Assembly: GCA_017535315.1 (NCBI GenBank)
Contig: JAFXUD010000030.1
Location: forward strand, 14,307 to 78,306
Direction of reading: 5' to 3'
DNA length: 64,000 bases
Source: Victivallales bacterium
Lineage (GTDB): Bacteria; Verrucomicrobiota; Lentisphaeria; Oligosphaerales; Oligosphaeraceae
The notes below the pieces were generated by a model, which ran no database searches, was not told where the DNA came from, and worked only from the letters and a program-made list of their open reading frames with translations. Of the stretch, positions 18,195 to 28,269 are shown in pieces. The position numbers were made by a program, and so were the translations under genes. The first letter of the stretch is position 1. Each line of letters starts with the position of its first letter.

Positions 18195-18233
18195 ATTATC
18201 GATTCTCAGTCCAGTTTGTTTGCATTGATGAGT

Positions 18234-18977
18234 TTAAATCATTGCCCTGACAGCCTTGAGGCATTTATCAACGGCCTCAAGGGCTGGATATTTGGGGCAT
18301 TCGTACTCGATGATGTACCATTCGGTATCACCCTTTGCCTGGCAGAAATCGTAGATTTCCTTCCAGGGGCATTCGTCTTCGCCAATCAGCGGCTCATATC
18401 CATTGGCCTTGCTCCAGGGTTTCAGGTGGATGGTCTTGCAACGGCCTGGATACTTGTTGAGTTCGGCCATGACATCGGCACCGCCCGCCATTGCATTGCC
18501 TGTGTCCAGCTGCATGACTGTGCGCGAGGAGACAACGGACATGAAAGTGTCCCAAGTGCGTTTGCCATCGACAGGGGTAAAGTCACCTGCGTGGTTGTGG
18601 TAGCCAGTCCTCATGCCATATTTTGCCAGCTTGTCCGCCACGGCGTTCATCTGGTTGCCGAGGGAGAGCCATTCGTCATGTGTCTTGCCGCCAAGCCAGG
18701 GGACGATGACGTACTTGTTGCCAACCGCCTGGTTGAGTTTGACGGTCGCCTCGAAGTTAGCCTCCTGAAGAGAGGCCCATGGGGTGTGCCAACCGCAGCA
18801 GACAAGGCCTGTCTCTTTCAACAGGGATGCATAGAAGTCAGCTGAAAACTGGGGGGCACCAGCAAACTCAACGCCTTCATAGCCCATCTCCTTGACGGCT
18901 TTCATGGTTGCCCATGGATTTGCGGCAAACTCTTTGCGGACGGAATACATCTCAAGTGCGACTGGAATGTAGGTCAT
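18234..18977 (-). CDS. Xylose-isomerase-like TIM-barrel protein (sugar phosphate isomerase/epimerase family)
   Basis: 247 aa. It starts ALEMYSVRKEF...GYEGVEFAG... and has His/Asp/Glu patterns typical of the AP_endonuc_2 fold. The substrate is unknown. Confidence 0.65.
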   Translation of the reverse strand: MTYIPVALEMYSVRKEFAANPWATMKAVKEMGYEGVEFAGAPQFSADFYASLLKETGLVCCGWHTPWASLQEANFEATVKLNQAVGNKYVIVPWLGGKTHDEWLSLGNQMNAVADKLAKYGMRTGYHNHAGDFTPVDGKRTWDTFMSVVSSRTVMQLDTGNAMAGGADVMAELNKYPGRCKTIHLKPWSKANGYEPLIGEDECPWKEIYDFCQAKGDTEWYIIEYECPKYPALEAVDKCLKAVRAMI

Positions 18978-19027
18978 GTTCTAAATCCTTCTTGTTGGTT
19001 TTTGTGGGGTATATTGTGAACAGAGTA

Positions 19028-20317
19028 TCAAAAAACATCCAGCTGGGTGCGTAGGCTCGGTACTCGCATCTTCTGGATCGCCATCGTCTTTATCTGACGG
19101 ACACGCTCGCTGGAGACACCGAGTAATTTGCTGATTTCCGCCAACGTGAAACATTTCCCGTCATTCAACCCGAAATTGAGTTCAATGACAGTCCTTTCGC
19201 GCTCATCCAGGGTAGAAAGGACCTGTAACAGTGAATCCCGAAGATTCTGAATATCCGTCCCGCTGTTTTGTGCACGTGTATTGGGGTCGGGGATATTGTC
19301 CTCCAGGGTGTTATCCTCGTCAATCATGGCATGAAGGGAAAGGGGCTGCTGTATCATCTTCTGCAGGGCGACGATTTTGGTGGCGGAAATGCCTACGAGG
19401 GTTGAAAGCTCCTCAGGTGTGGGAATTCGGCCTGTTTCCGTCAGGTATCTTTGTTCTGCTTGTCTGATGGTTGAAATCTGCGCAACCGTATTGGCTGGCA
19501 TACGGATGATGCGGCTGTGGTTGGTGATGTATTTCGTGATGGCCTGGCGAATCCAGTAGCTGGCGTATGTCGTGAAACGATGCCCTAGACGATAGTCGAA
19601 CTTATCGACTGCGCGCATCAAGCCGATATTGCCTTCCTGCACGAGGTCGGCCAGGGGGATGCTTGTCCCCATGTAGTGTCCTGCGATGCTGATGACCAAA
19701 CGCAGATTATGCTCTATGAGCGTATCCGATGCCTGTTTCATCAATTGCTGGAGACGTGCGAGCTCTGGTTTCAGCAGTTCCCATTTGTCCTTGCTGATGA
19801 AAAATACATTGATGGATTCATCAGTGAGTTTCTCAAGGCAAATCTGATAGAAGGAATCCCTCGGCGCAAGCTGGTGGAATGTCTTGTAGAAAGCCGCATA
19901 TTTTTTCGGTATATTCTTGCTGTTTGCGACGGAATCATCAATGCCAATTTCAGAAAGCGAAGCCACGACATCGTTAAATAGTTCCTTCAATTTCTGGTCC
20001 CCGCCGTCCTCTGACTGCGTGCCAGAGAAAAAGAAACGTTCGACTTTTATATGGTTCTGGGCAATTGCCAGGGAATTGATGACCGACATAAGCAGGGAAG
20101 GAAACTTCTCCAAAATATCATAAAGTTGTTTCTTGCTTTCAAAATGCTGCTTTGTCCACTTCGCCTCTTCCTCCTGTGTCAAAATTGGATACTTGCTGAC
20201 CTGGTGCATATAGGTCGCCTGCAACTCCTGCGATATGCAACCGTTGAAATACGAACGGATATGCACGTCAGTGGACGGCTTGGTTCGTAGTTCATTGTTG
20301 TTGCTTTCCTGGGTCAT
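19028..20317 (-). CDS. RpoD-family sigma-70 factor (group 1/2) with a non-conserved insert between regions 1.2 and 2
   Basis: Region 2 is LIEHNLRLVISIAGHYMG...DLVQEGNIGLMRAVDKFDYRLGHRFTTYASYWIRQAI. Region 4.2 is FTLAEISKLLGVSSERVRQIKTMAIQKMR. No acidic region 1.1 is visible. Confidence 0.85.
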   Translation of the reverse strand: MTQESNNNELRTKPSTDVHIRSYFNGCISQELQATYMHQVSKYPILTQEEEAKWTKQHFESKKQLYDILEKFPSLLMSVINSLAIAQNHIKVERFFFSGTQSEDGGDQKLKELFNDVVASLSEIGIDDSVANSKNIPKKYAAFYKTFHQLAPRDSFYQICLEKLTDESINVFFISKDKWELLKPELARLQQLMKQASDTLIEHNLRLVISIAGHYMGTSIPLADLVQEGNIGLMRAVDKFDYRLGHRFTTYASYWIRQAITKYITNHSRIIRMPANTVAQISTIRQAEQRYLTETGRIPTPEELSTLVGISATKIVALQKMIQQPLSLHAMIDEDNTLEDNIPDPNTRAQNSGTDIQNLRDSLLQVLSTLDERERTVIELNFGLNDGKCFTLAEISKLLGVSSERVRQIKTMAIQKMRVPSLRTQLDVF

Positions 20318-20376
20318 GTGGGAATCCGTTCAGAGAAATGTTGTTTTGGGGACAGTAGTCAAGTGACAATGTCCTT

Positions 20377-21171
20377 CTAGAAGAGCAGTTGGTAAAGTGT
20401 ATTGGCAAAGAGAATGAAAATCAGCAGAAACAGCAGAATGATAATCAGCAAAACGATAACCCAGCCGAAAGGCGTTTTGGCAACGCGTTTCACGCTGGAC
20501 ATTGTATTATTGGGAGAACGAAGGTCGTTGTCGAATGCACTTCCCGATAGAATCTGCGAGCGGATGCCACGGACAATGCGGACAGGCGTATCCGCCAGCA
20601 TCAGTTCGTCTCCCTCCTTCAGTTCCGTTCGTGCCGTGCCCACGGAAACGCCGTTAATGGAAGATTCATAGGATGCGTGCAATCCTTCATATTCCAGGTT
20701 TTCCCCATTGGAAAAGATTTTCCCGTGAATACGTGCGACATCCTCGGTACGGACGGTGATGTAGTTGTCCTTAGAGGCGCCAATGGTGTTCACACCTGGC
20801 CAGATGACGGACCTGTGGCGGTTGTCGTCCGTGTGTTCATCACAGACCACGTCGAACGGGCTAGGCCTTGTCTTTTCACCGACACAGAGGAAATACTGCG
20901 AGAAGCGAAAGACGGAGCCGTCCTCCAAGGGAGCGCTCTGGATGCGTTCTGCGTTCAGGAAAACGCCGCAGTTTCCAATGCTTTCCAGCACCCAGTTGAC
21001 GCCGCTACGCTTCAGGCGGATGTGTTCGCGGCTGACAGTGTTGTCAACCATGCCCTTCAGCGTGATGTCACAGGAGGATGAGCGGCCGATGACCACATTC
21101 CAATCTGTTGTGGTTAGTTTGAAGTGCCGCAAGCGCTCTCCGAGATAGTTGTATATGCTGCAGTCTGGCAT
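20377..21171 (-). CDS. Dual FHA-domain protein with a C-terminal transmembrane tail anchor
   Basis: Two FHA-like segments: VVIGRSSSCDITL...VSREHIRL...NGVFLN and NTIGASKDNYITV...ARIHGKI...INGVSV. The C-terminus is WVIVLLIIILLFLLIFILFANTLYQLLF. Confidence 0.75.
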   Translation of the reverse strand: MPDCSIYNYLGERLRHFKLTTTDWNVVIGRSSSCDITLKGMVDNTVSREHIRLKRSGVNWVLESIGNCGVFLNAERIQSAPLEDGSVFRFSQYFLCVGEKTRPSPFDVVCDEHTDDNRHRSVIWPGVNTIGASKDNYITVRTEDVARIHGKIFSNGENLEYEGLHASYESSINGVSVGTARTELKEGDELMLADTPVRIVRGIRSQILSGSAFDNDLRSPNNTMSSVKRVAKTPFGWVIVLLIIILLFLLIFILFANTLYQLLF

Positions 21172-21182
21172 AAGGAAATAGG

Positions 21183-21881
21183 CTAGGCTAAAGAGGCCTT
21201 GATGAGAATCGGGCGATGGTCAGAGGCAACTCTTTCGTCGATTACGGAGATATCCACATTCTTCCAGTGCTCAGCCTGATGGAAGAAGCCGTGGTCGATG
21301 GGTTTGGTCGGATTGTCTGATGGGCAGGTATAAAGGATTTCGCGTCCATTGGCAGCCTTCAAATGGTTTGCCATGAGTTTCCACTCGTATGAGAGAGGAG
21401 AGCAGTTGAAATCGCCTAGAACGATAGAGGGCAGGGGGCTTTTGAGTAGCTCTTCACAGAGGATTCCCGCAGAGAGAATACGCAAATCCCGCTCAAGTGG
21501 GAAGTGCGTGCAGTAGATGCGGAAGGGTGTGCCATTCGCAGTTGTCGTCTCAACTCCGATGATGGTACGCATCTCATAGCCAGGTAGTTGTCTGTGCAAG
21601 ATGATTTTCCCTGGATTGCTTGTTAGGATTGCGATGCCATACGAACCGCCCTGGAGGTCAATCGCTTTGCCGAAAAAGCCGAACATACCCGTAAGCCTGG
21701 CCAGTTCCGCCGTCTGATCAACAGCTTTGCTTCGAGCTGCACCGTTGTCCAGTTCCTGCAATGCCACGCAATCCGCTTTCTGGCGCGAAATGACGGCGGC
21801 GGTACGGACAAGGTCGATTTTCTGGTCCATGCCATTGCCGTGGCAGATGTTGTAGCTTAAAAAACGTAGTGACTGTTCCAT
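21183..21881 (-). CDS. Endonuclease/exonuclease/phosphatase (EEP) family protein
   Basis: Contains FLSYNICHG...CVALQELD...LGDFN...SDHRPI motifs. Its start lies 2 nt after the proS stop. Confidence 0.8.
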   Translation of the reverse strand: MEQSLRFLSYNICHGNGMDQKIDLVRTAAVISRQKADCVALQELDNGAARSKAVDQTAELARLTGMFGFFGKAIDLQGGSYGIAILTSNPGKIILHRQLPGYEMRTIIGVETTTANGTPFRIYCTHFPLERDLRILSAGILCEELLKSPLPSIVLGDFNCSPLSYEWKLMANHLKAANGREILYTCPSDNPTKPIDHGFFHQAEHWKNVDISVIDERVASDHRPILIKASLA

Positions 21882-21883
21882 AA

Positions 21884-23632
21884 CTATTGTAATGCCTCCA
21901 TGGCGGCTTTGATATCGTTCTCGATTCGTGATACAACCTCTTCCTTGTCGAGCATCTCGGAGTTCTTTCCCCAGTCACGGTGCTTGTACTCCACCTTGCC
22001 TTGGTCAAGCGTCTTGGGCGAGATGACCACTCGGAGGGGCACGCCGATGAGGTCTGCGTCGGCAAAGGCAAAGCCTGCCTTCTCGCCACGGTCATCGTAA
22101 AGCACATCAATCCCCTTCGTCATCAGCGTGTCATAAAGGCTCTGGCATGCTTCGGCGACTTCAGGCTTGTTATGGTTCAGGCCGATGATTTCAACCTGGA
22201 ACGGTGCGATGGACATAGGCCAAATCGGACCGTAGTCATCGTGGCACTGTTCGATGACGGCGGCCATGGCGCGCCCGATGCCGATGCCGTAGCAGCCCAT
22301 GATCATCGGGTGGCTCTTGCCGTCCTGGTCAAGATAGGTGCATCCCATTGGCTCCGAATACTTGATGCCCAGCTGGAAGATGTTGCCGACCTCGATACCC
22401 TTGAGCATCTTAAGCGGCGTCCCGTCCGTTGGGCTCGGGTCGCCTTCGCGGACAGTGGCGATATCGGTGACCACAATGCCTTCCTTGGAGGGCAGGTCGC
22501 GGTCGTAGTTGAAGTTCAGGTAGTGGTAGTTGAGTTCGTTTGCGCCGACCACCAGGTTGCTGGATTCAACGGCAGAGGGGTCAACCACAATGCGCATCTT
22601 CGATGGAACCAGCTTCGTGTCGATGGAATACAGGGATGCAAAGCCAGGGACGGCGCCGATGGAGGAGATGAGCGCATCGTCAGCAAAGGAGATTTCAGGG
22701 CTTTGGATGGCCTTCTTCAGTTTTGCCTCGTTGACCTCTAGGTCGCCACGGATGCAGACAAACACCAGTTTCCCTTCCATATCCTTGTAGAAGACTGCCT
22801 TGCAAGTCTTGCTGGCAGGAAGACCAAGGAACTTCGCCAAATCATCGATGGTCTTGCAGTCTGGCGTATAGACCTTTTCCAGGGGCTTCGGCTCCTCCTT
22901 GACATACTCCAGTTTGGAGCAGGCTATTTCGCGGTTCGCCTTGTACTTGCCGTCCGCCGAGCAGAATATGGTGTCTTCACCACAGTCTGCAATCGCCATG
23001 AATTCATGGGAGACCTTGCCTCCGATCATGCCAGAATCGGAAAGGATTGCAAGGCATTGTTTCAGTCCAATGCGTCTGAAGAAGCGCTCATATGCGACAT
23101 AGCAGCGTTGGTAGTATTCCTCCAGGCTCTCTTGGGAGGTGTGGAAGCTGTAGGCGTCCTTCATTGTGAACTCGCGGACACGAATAAGACCTGCGCGGGG
23201 GCGCGCCTCGTCGCGGTATTTGGTCTGTACCTGATACATCATGCAGGGAAGCTGCTTGTAGGAGACCAGTTCCGTGCGGGCTATCTGGACGACCGCCTCC
23301 TCATGGGTCATGCCAAGAAGCATATCCTTGTTGTTGCGGTCCTTGAAGCGGAGAAGTTCAGCACCGACCGTCTGGAAACGTCCGCTCTCAATCCACAAAT
23401 CCGCAGGGAGAACCACGGGCATCTTGATTTCCTGCCCATCAATAGCGTTCATCTCCTCGCGGACGATCGCCTCGATTTTGGCGATGATCCTCTGCCCGAG
23501 AGGCAGAATGGAGTAGAGACCTGCGGAAACGGGGCGGCAATAACCGCCTCTGATGAGAAATATGTGACTGGCTGTCTGGGCATCCCTTGGTGCCTCTTTC
23601 AACCGTTGACCGATTAGTTGTGAAAGTCGCAT
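21884..23632 (-). CDS. proS: Prolyl-tRNA synthetase (bacterial type with INS editing domain)
   Basis: 582 aa, starting MRLSQLIGQRLKEAPRDAQTASHIFLIRGGY...FRDEARPRAGLIRVREFTMKDAYSF, with class II motifs. Confidence 0.92.
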   Translation of the reverse strand: MRLSQLIGQRLKEAPRDAQTASHIFLIRGGYCRPVSAGLYSILPLGQRIIAKIEAIVREEMNAIDGQEIKMPVVLPADLWIESGRFQTVGAELLRFKDRNNKDMLLGMTHEEAVVQIARTELVSYKQLPCMMYQVQTKYRDEARPRAGLIRVREFTMKDAYSFHTSQESLEEYYQRCYVAYERFFRRIGLKQCLAILSDSGMIGGKVSHEFMAIADCGEDTIFCSADGKYKANREIACSKLEYVKEEPKPLEKVYTPDCKTIDDLAKFLGLPASKTCKAVFYKDMEGKLVFVCIRGDLEVNEAKLKKAIQSPEISFADDALISSIGAVPGFASLYSIDTKLVPSKMRIVVDPSAVESSNLVVGANELNYHYLNFNYDRDLPSKEGIVVTDIATVREGDPSPTDGTPLKMLKGIEVGNIFQLGIKYSEPMGCTYLDQDGKSHPMIMGCYGIGIGRAMAAVIEQCHDDYGPIWPMSIAPFQVEIIGLNHNKPEVAEACQSLYDTLMTKGIDVLYDDRGEKAGFAFADADLIGVPLRVVISPKTLDQGKVEYKHRDWGKNSEMLDKEEVVSRIENDIKAAMEALQ

Positions 23633-23838
23633 GAAAAATTGCCTTTAGTTTTTTTGAGGGGAGACGCGCAGAAGCACACGCTCCGTTTTCGATTTTGGTA
23701 ATTACATTATAAAATATAACTGCAATTAGAGTTTAGGCAAGTCAACGGACAAAAAAAGACAACAAATGAAAACAGACAACCCTGCATGAATAGTGCAAAT
23801 CGACGTTGAAATGGCAAAGGAATGGATTATCTTAAAAG

Positions 23839-26800
23839 ATGATTCAAATTCCGTTTAATATTTCGCAAGCGATGCAAGACAAAATAACACAGATTCCAGA
23901 AGCGGGAGCCCGCTTGATTTATTACACAGGTGATTTGCTGGAGGTTAAACTCCAGGTGCCTTTTGTCGGGGGACGCGCATTTGTCAGAACCAGCCATGGC
24001 AGCATTCATCGGCGCCATGAAGAGACAATTGCAGAGGTGGAGGAAAGACCACGCGTCAGGCAATCCCTCTGGGAAGACGTGGAGATGAGGATGGTTGGCG
24101 ACGGAGTATTCTCAGCCATGTTCCCGCTATGCGAGGTTGGCGTCTATGAATACAAGGCATGTTATGTTGCCTCAGACGGCAAGCTTCACTGGGCACCAGG
24201 CGATAATCTGACGGTCAAGGTCGAACCCGCCTTTTCGGTTGCCAATAACACCATCTACAATGCCTTTATAAGGCAGTTTGGCCGTAATATTTCCCAAATG
24301 CAGGAAACGAAAGAGCAGAAAAACGCAGAATATTTCCTAACTCAAAATGGCTATATTGTCATTCCTCCATCAGGGAAAATGAGGGATTTCAAGGAGAAAC
24401 TGCCCCATATTATGGACAAAATGGGTTTCCGCATAGTCCTTTTCCTGCCCATCCACCCCCTTCCGTCCTCTTACGGCAGGATGGGGCATTATGGCAGTCC
24501 TTTTGCACCGTTGGATTTCTATGAAGTAGAACCTGATTTGGCTGTGTTCAACAAAATGCATACCCCTGTGCAGCAGTTCTGCGAACTTCTGGACTGCATC
24601 CATGCGCGGAATGGAAAGGCATTCATTGACATTCCCTTTGACCACACGGGCTGGGCTTCCTCTATGCAAAACGCCCATCCTGAATGGTTTAAACACACCT
24701 CAGACGGTTCATTTGAATCCCCTGGAGCTTGGGGGGTGACCTGGGAGGACCTCTGCAAACTGGATTTCACCCAAAAAACGCTTTGGATTGAACTTGCGAA
24801 CATCATCCTCCACTGGTGCCGTCTCGGTGTGGATGGCTTCCGCTGCGACGCTGGATACATGGTTCCCAAAGAAACCTGGACTTATATCACCGCAAAGGTC
24901 AGAGAGCAGTATCCCGATACGATTTTCCTCTTGGAAGGGCTTGGTGGCTCTGTCGATACGACACGTGAACTTCTGGAAGAGGGGATGATGAACTGGGCCT
25001 ATTCAGAGTCTTTTCAGCAGTTTGGACTGGAAGCCGAATCTGGTTATCTCTATCATTCGCTGGAATTGTCCTCTCATTGCGGGACACTTGTCAATTTTGC
25101 AGAGACCCATGACAATAACCGCCTTGCCGCAACCTCAGCCATCTGGTCTATCGAACGCACAGCGTCCGCCGCGCTTTTGGCCCCCGCGGGTGCATTTGGC
25201 ATCGCAAATGGCGTCGAATGGCTTGCCACTGAAAAAATAGACGTCCATCAAGCAGCCTCTTTGAACTGGGGAGCCTCGCATAATATCATCGACCATATTT
25301 CCTCCTTGAATGCGATTCTTTTCCGCCATCCCGCCTTCAGTGCCAAGGCTGCTTTAAAGCGACCTGAAACACTTCTGGGGACGGCGTATGGCCTTTTGAG
25401 GGAGGCATCAAAAGAGACTGTTTTGGTTTTAGTTAACCCTAGCAACGACACCACAGCCAAAGTCTCTTGGAACAGTCAGGAATTTGCGCCTAGTGATAAA
25501 CCATACGATTTAATCACAAATCGCCGCATCCAATTCAACGTCAACGGTGAATGCTATGCGGGTGAGCTTCCCCCATCAACCGTTGTCTGCATTGCTAAAA
25601 ATATCATCCAATATGATTATAATGAACTAATTCCAGCGCAAATATTACAGGAAGCAAAAGCCAGTGTTTTACGTCTTCTTTGCGCAACAAAGCATGAATC
25701 TATCATCCAAGATAATGATTTAAATGAACTTGCAGAACTTTTATTGAAGGATAGGGATGGTTTTAATAGCAAACTCTTCCCAGAATATATTCCTATTATA
25801 GACTGGTTTCCTTCAAGAGATTGCAGACGTGAAGTGATTCTCCCCGCCTTTCATGCAATTATTATTTCAGCCCAGCATCCTTTCTGTGCCGATTTACGAA
25901 AGAGGGACATGAATCTGGAGAGAATCTATTCCCTAAAAGGAGAGGACGGAACTTATTTTGCGTTTGTCACTACCATGGCCATGAAGGATGTTGAACGACA
26001 TGAAAGAAGGGAACTCTTCATCCATTGCAGGCTTTTTGAAAACAATACTTCCTTTGCCACTGAGTGCATAGGAAAGATAACTCTCCTGCCGTATTCCCAT
26101 GATGCGAAAATCCCTATGATAATTTCCACAAGTGACATTTTGACAAGGCATTGTGGAATCTGCACAAATCTTTCTGGCTCCTACAGCATCGCGCGCGCAG
26201 CCTGGGGAACGCTTCAAAGCAAGTATGATGCACTCCTGGCAGCAAATCCAAGCATCAGTTATCCTGACAACCGTCTTGCCACGCTTGTCCGATGCCGCGC
26301 CTGGCTTCGCTATCGTGATTGCTCGTGCGAGTTAATGCTTAATAACCAGAATGATTTTATGATGAGTTATGAAAACGTCCTTCAATGGAGTTTCCAAGTC
26401 TCATTCAGTTCGCTTCTTACAGCACAAATCAAAATCTTTTGGGAACTGGATAGGCACAGCAATGCAGGATGTATGACCTTTGCCATTGAGAATATTGAAC
26501 GCCATGGAAATCTGTTTGATGAAGAGGATGAGCAGATTACGCTCATTGTCCGTCCCGATATTGATTGGCGTTCAAATCATTCCGTCACAAAGGCCTACAT
26601 GGGAGCTGAAGTCTTTTGGCCTCAAAGGATATCACTTGTAGGGAAGAATGGTTTTGCGTTTGCCCCAGACCAGACATCCAACCAGTTTACTATGCAGGCA
26701 TCCAACGGCACTTTCAATCTCTCTCCACAGTGGCAATACCAGATTCCATTGCCTGTGGAACAGGAGCGCGGGCTGGAAACGGAAATGGATTTGTTCAGTC

Positions 26801-28140
26801 CAGGGTATTTTGAATTACCCATTTGCCAAAATGAAAATGTTACTGTACGTTCATGTTTAACCGATGGGAAACAGACGCTTACAGCTTTCAAGTCCTCTTC
26901 TGAAATGGCTGCTTTTCCCACGGCTGTCCCATTTGGAGATGCATTGCGGAAAAGTCTCGACTACTTTGTGGTAAAACGGGATGCACATAAATCCATTATC
27001 GCAGGCTACCCTTGGTTCCTGGACTGGGGACGGGACACACTTATCTGCCTCCGTGGAATGATTGCCGCTGAAATGTTCGAAGATGCAAGGGATACAATTC
27101 TCCAATTTGCCCGTTTTGCTGACCAAGGTACGCTTCCTAATATGATACGGGGAAACGACACTTCTGACAGGCAAACCTCCGATGCCCCCCTTTGGCTTTT
27201 CTCCGCCATCCACGACTATATTCTTGCTGCACCCGACGGAAATCGCTTCCTTGCCGTTGAAATTGACGGCAAAACGCTTGTCGAGATACTAGACGGCATC
27301 CTGGAGGATATCTACAATGGCCGTACATGCAATGGAGTGAAGGCGGACAAGGAGTCGGGGCTTGTTTACAGCCCCGCCCATTATACCTGGATGGATACAA
27401 ACTATCCAGCGGGAACGCCGCGTAGCGGCTACCCAGTGGAGATTCAGGCACTCTGGCTTCATGCTCTGAATCTTATTGCAGGGCAGGGCGGACGTTTTTC
27501 CAGATGGAAGTCGGTGGAGGAAAAGGCCAGGGGCTCGTTTGCCAGATTCTTTTTTCGCAGAACAGGGAAGGGGCTATGCGACTGCCTCCATTGCAACGAT
27601 TTCGCTCCTGCCGTTTCTGCAGAACCCGACGATGCTTGCCGCCCCAATCAACTTCTGGCCGTGACGTTGAGGGCAGTGACAGACAAGGCGACCTTGCGGT
27701 CGGTTATCCAGGCCTGCAGCAAGCTACTGACCCCAGCGGGAATACGCAGCCTTGACGATGCACCAGTCGAATATCCTCAACCAGTGGTGGACCATGGTGT
27801 GGCTCTCAATGACCCCCATGCCCCTTATCAGGGGTACTATACAGGTTCTGAAGATTCCAAGCGAAAGCCTGCTTATCACAACGGAACAAGTTGGGCGTGG
27901 CAGATGCCGTTCTTCTGCGAAGCTGAATATCTTTGTTTTGGGGAAGCTGCAAAAGAGGCAGCCCTTGCGCAACTCTCCTCCGCTATGCTTGAAATGACCA
28001 ACGGCTGCATCGGTTTTCTCCCTGAAATCTATGACGGCGATGCTCCACACGCGCCGAAAGGATGCCTGGCACAAGCTTGGAGTATGACCGAATTCTATCG
28101 CGTTTGGAAAATCTTGCAGCCCGAGACTAATAATCTGTAA
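23839..28140 (+). CDS. Fusion of a GH13 alpha-amylase-family catalytic domain and a GH133 amylo-alpha-1,6-glucosidase (GDE_C) domain; putative indirect-type glycogen debranching enzyme
   Basis: 1433 aa. GH13 regions I-IV are readable: FIDIPFDHTG, GVDGFRCDAGYMVP, IFLLEGLGG and NFAETHDNNR. The C-terminal part has the GH133 hallmark IIAGYPWFLDWGRDTLICLRG. The start codon is uncertain (23839 or 23872). Confidence 0.75.
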   Translation: MIQIPFNISQAMQDKITQIPEAGARLIYYTGDLLEVKLQVPFVGGRAFVRTSHGSIHRRHEETIAEVEERPRVRQSLWEDVEMRMVGDGVFSAMFPLCEVGVYEYKACYVASDGKLHWAPGDNLTVKVEPAFSVANNTIYNAFIRQFGRNISQMQETKEQKNAEYFLTQNGYIVIPPSGKMRDFKEKLPHIMDKMGFRIVLFLPIHPLPSSYGRMGHYGSPFAPLDFYEVEPDLAVFNKMHTPVQQFCELLDCIHARNGKAFIDIPFDHTGWASSMQNAHPEWFKHTSDGSFESPGAWGVTWEDLCKLDFTQKTLWIELANIILHWCRLGVDGFRCDAGYMVPKETWTYITAKVREQYPDTIFLLEGLGGSVDTTRELLEEGMMNWAYSESFQQFGLEAESGYLYHSLELSSHCGTLVNFAETHDNNRLAATSAIWSIERTASAALLAPAGAFGIANGVEWLATEKIDVHQAASLNWGASHNIIDHISSLNAILFRHPAFSAKAALKRPETLLGTAYGLLREASKETVLVLVNPSNDTTAKVSWNSQEFAPSDKPYDLITNRRIQFNVNGECYAGELPPSTVVCIAKNIIQYDYNELIPAQILQEAKASVLRLLCATKHESIIQDNDLNELAELLLKDRDGFNSKLFPEYIPIIDWFPSRDCRREVILPAFHAIIISAQHPFCADLRKRDMNLERIYSLKGEDGTYFAFVTTMAMKDVERHERRELFIHCRLFENNTSFATECIGKITLLPYSHDAKIPMIISTSDILTRHCGICTNLSGSYSIARAAWGTLQSKYDALLAANPSISYPDNRLATLVRCRAWLRYRDCSCELMLNNQNDFMMSYENVLQWSFQVSFSSLLTAQIKIFWELDRHSNAGCMTFAIENIERHGNLFDEEDEQITLIVRPDIDWRSNHSVTKAYMGAEVFWPQRISLVGKNGFAFAPDQTSNQFTMQASNGTFNLSPQWQYQIPLPVEQERGLETEMDLFSPGYFELPICQNENVTVRSCLTDGKQTLTAFKSSSEMAAFPTAVPFGDALRKSLDYFVVKRDAHKSIIAGYPWFLDWGRDTLICLRGMIAAEMFEDARDTILQFARFADQGTLPNMIRGNDTSDRQTSDAPLWLFSAIHDYILAAPDGNRFLAVEIDGKTLVEILDGILEDIYNGRTCNGVKADKESGLVYSPAHYTWMDTNYPAGTPRSGYPVEIQALWLHALNLIAGQGGRFSRWKSVEEKARGSFARFFFRRTGKGLCDCLHCNDFAPAVSAEPDDACRPNQLLAVTLRAVTDKATLRSVIQACSKLLTPAGIRSLDDAPVEYPQPVVDHGVALNDPHAPYQGYYTGSEDSKRKPAYHNGTSWAWQMPFFCEAEYLCFGEAAKEAALAQLSSAMLEMTNGCIGFLPEIYDGDAPHAPKGCLAQAWSMTEFYRVWKILQPETNNL

Positions 28141-28269
28141 CCTTTTATTCTGCATAAAACGACAAAAAAACGGTCTTTTTTTAACAAACTGTTTAGAAAT
28201 CTATGCAATTTGCGTTATATTAAAGTATTGTTGAAAATTGGAAAAATGTAGCATGGAGTTTTTTATTCT

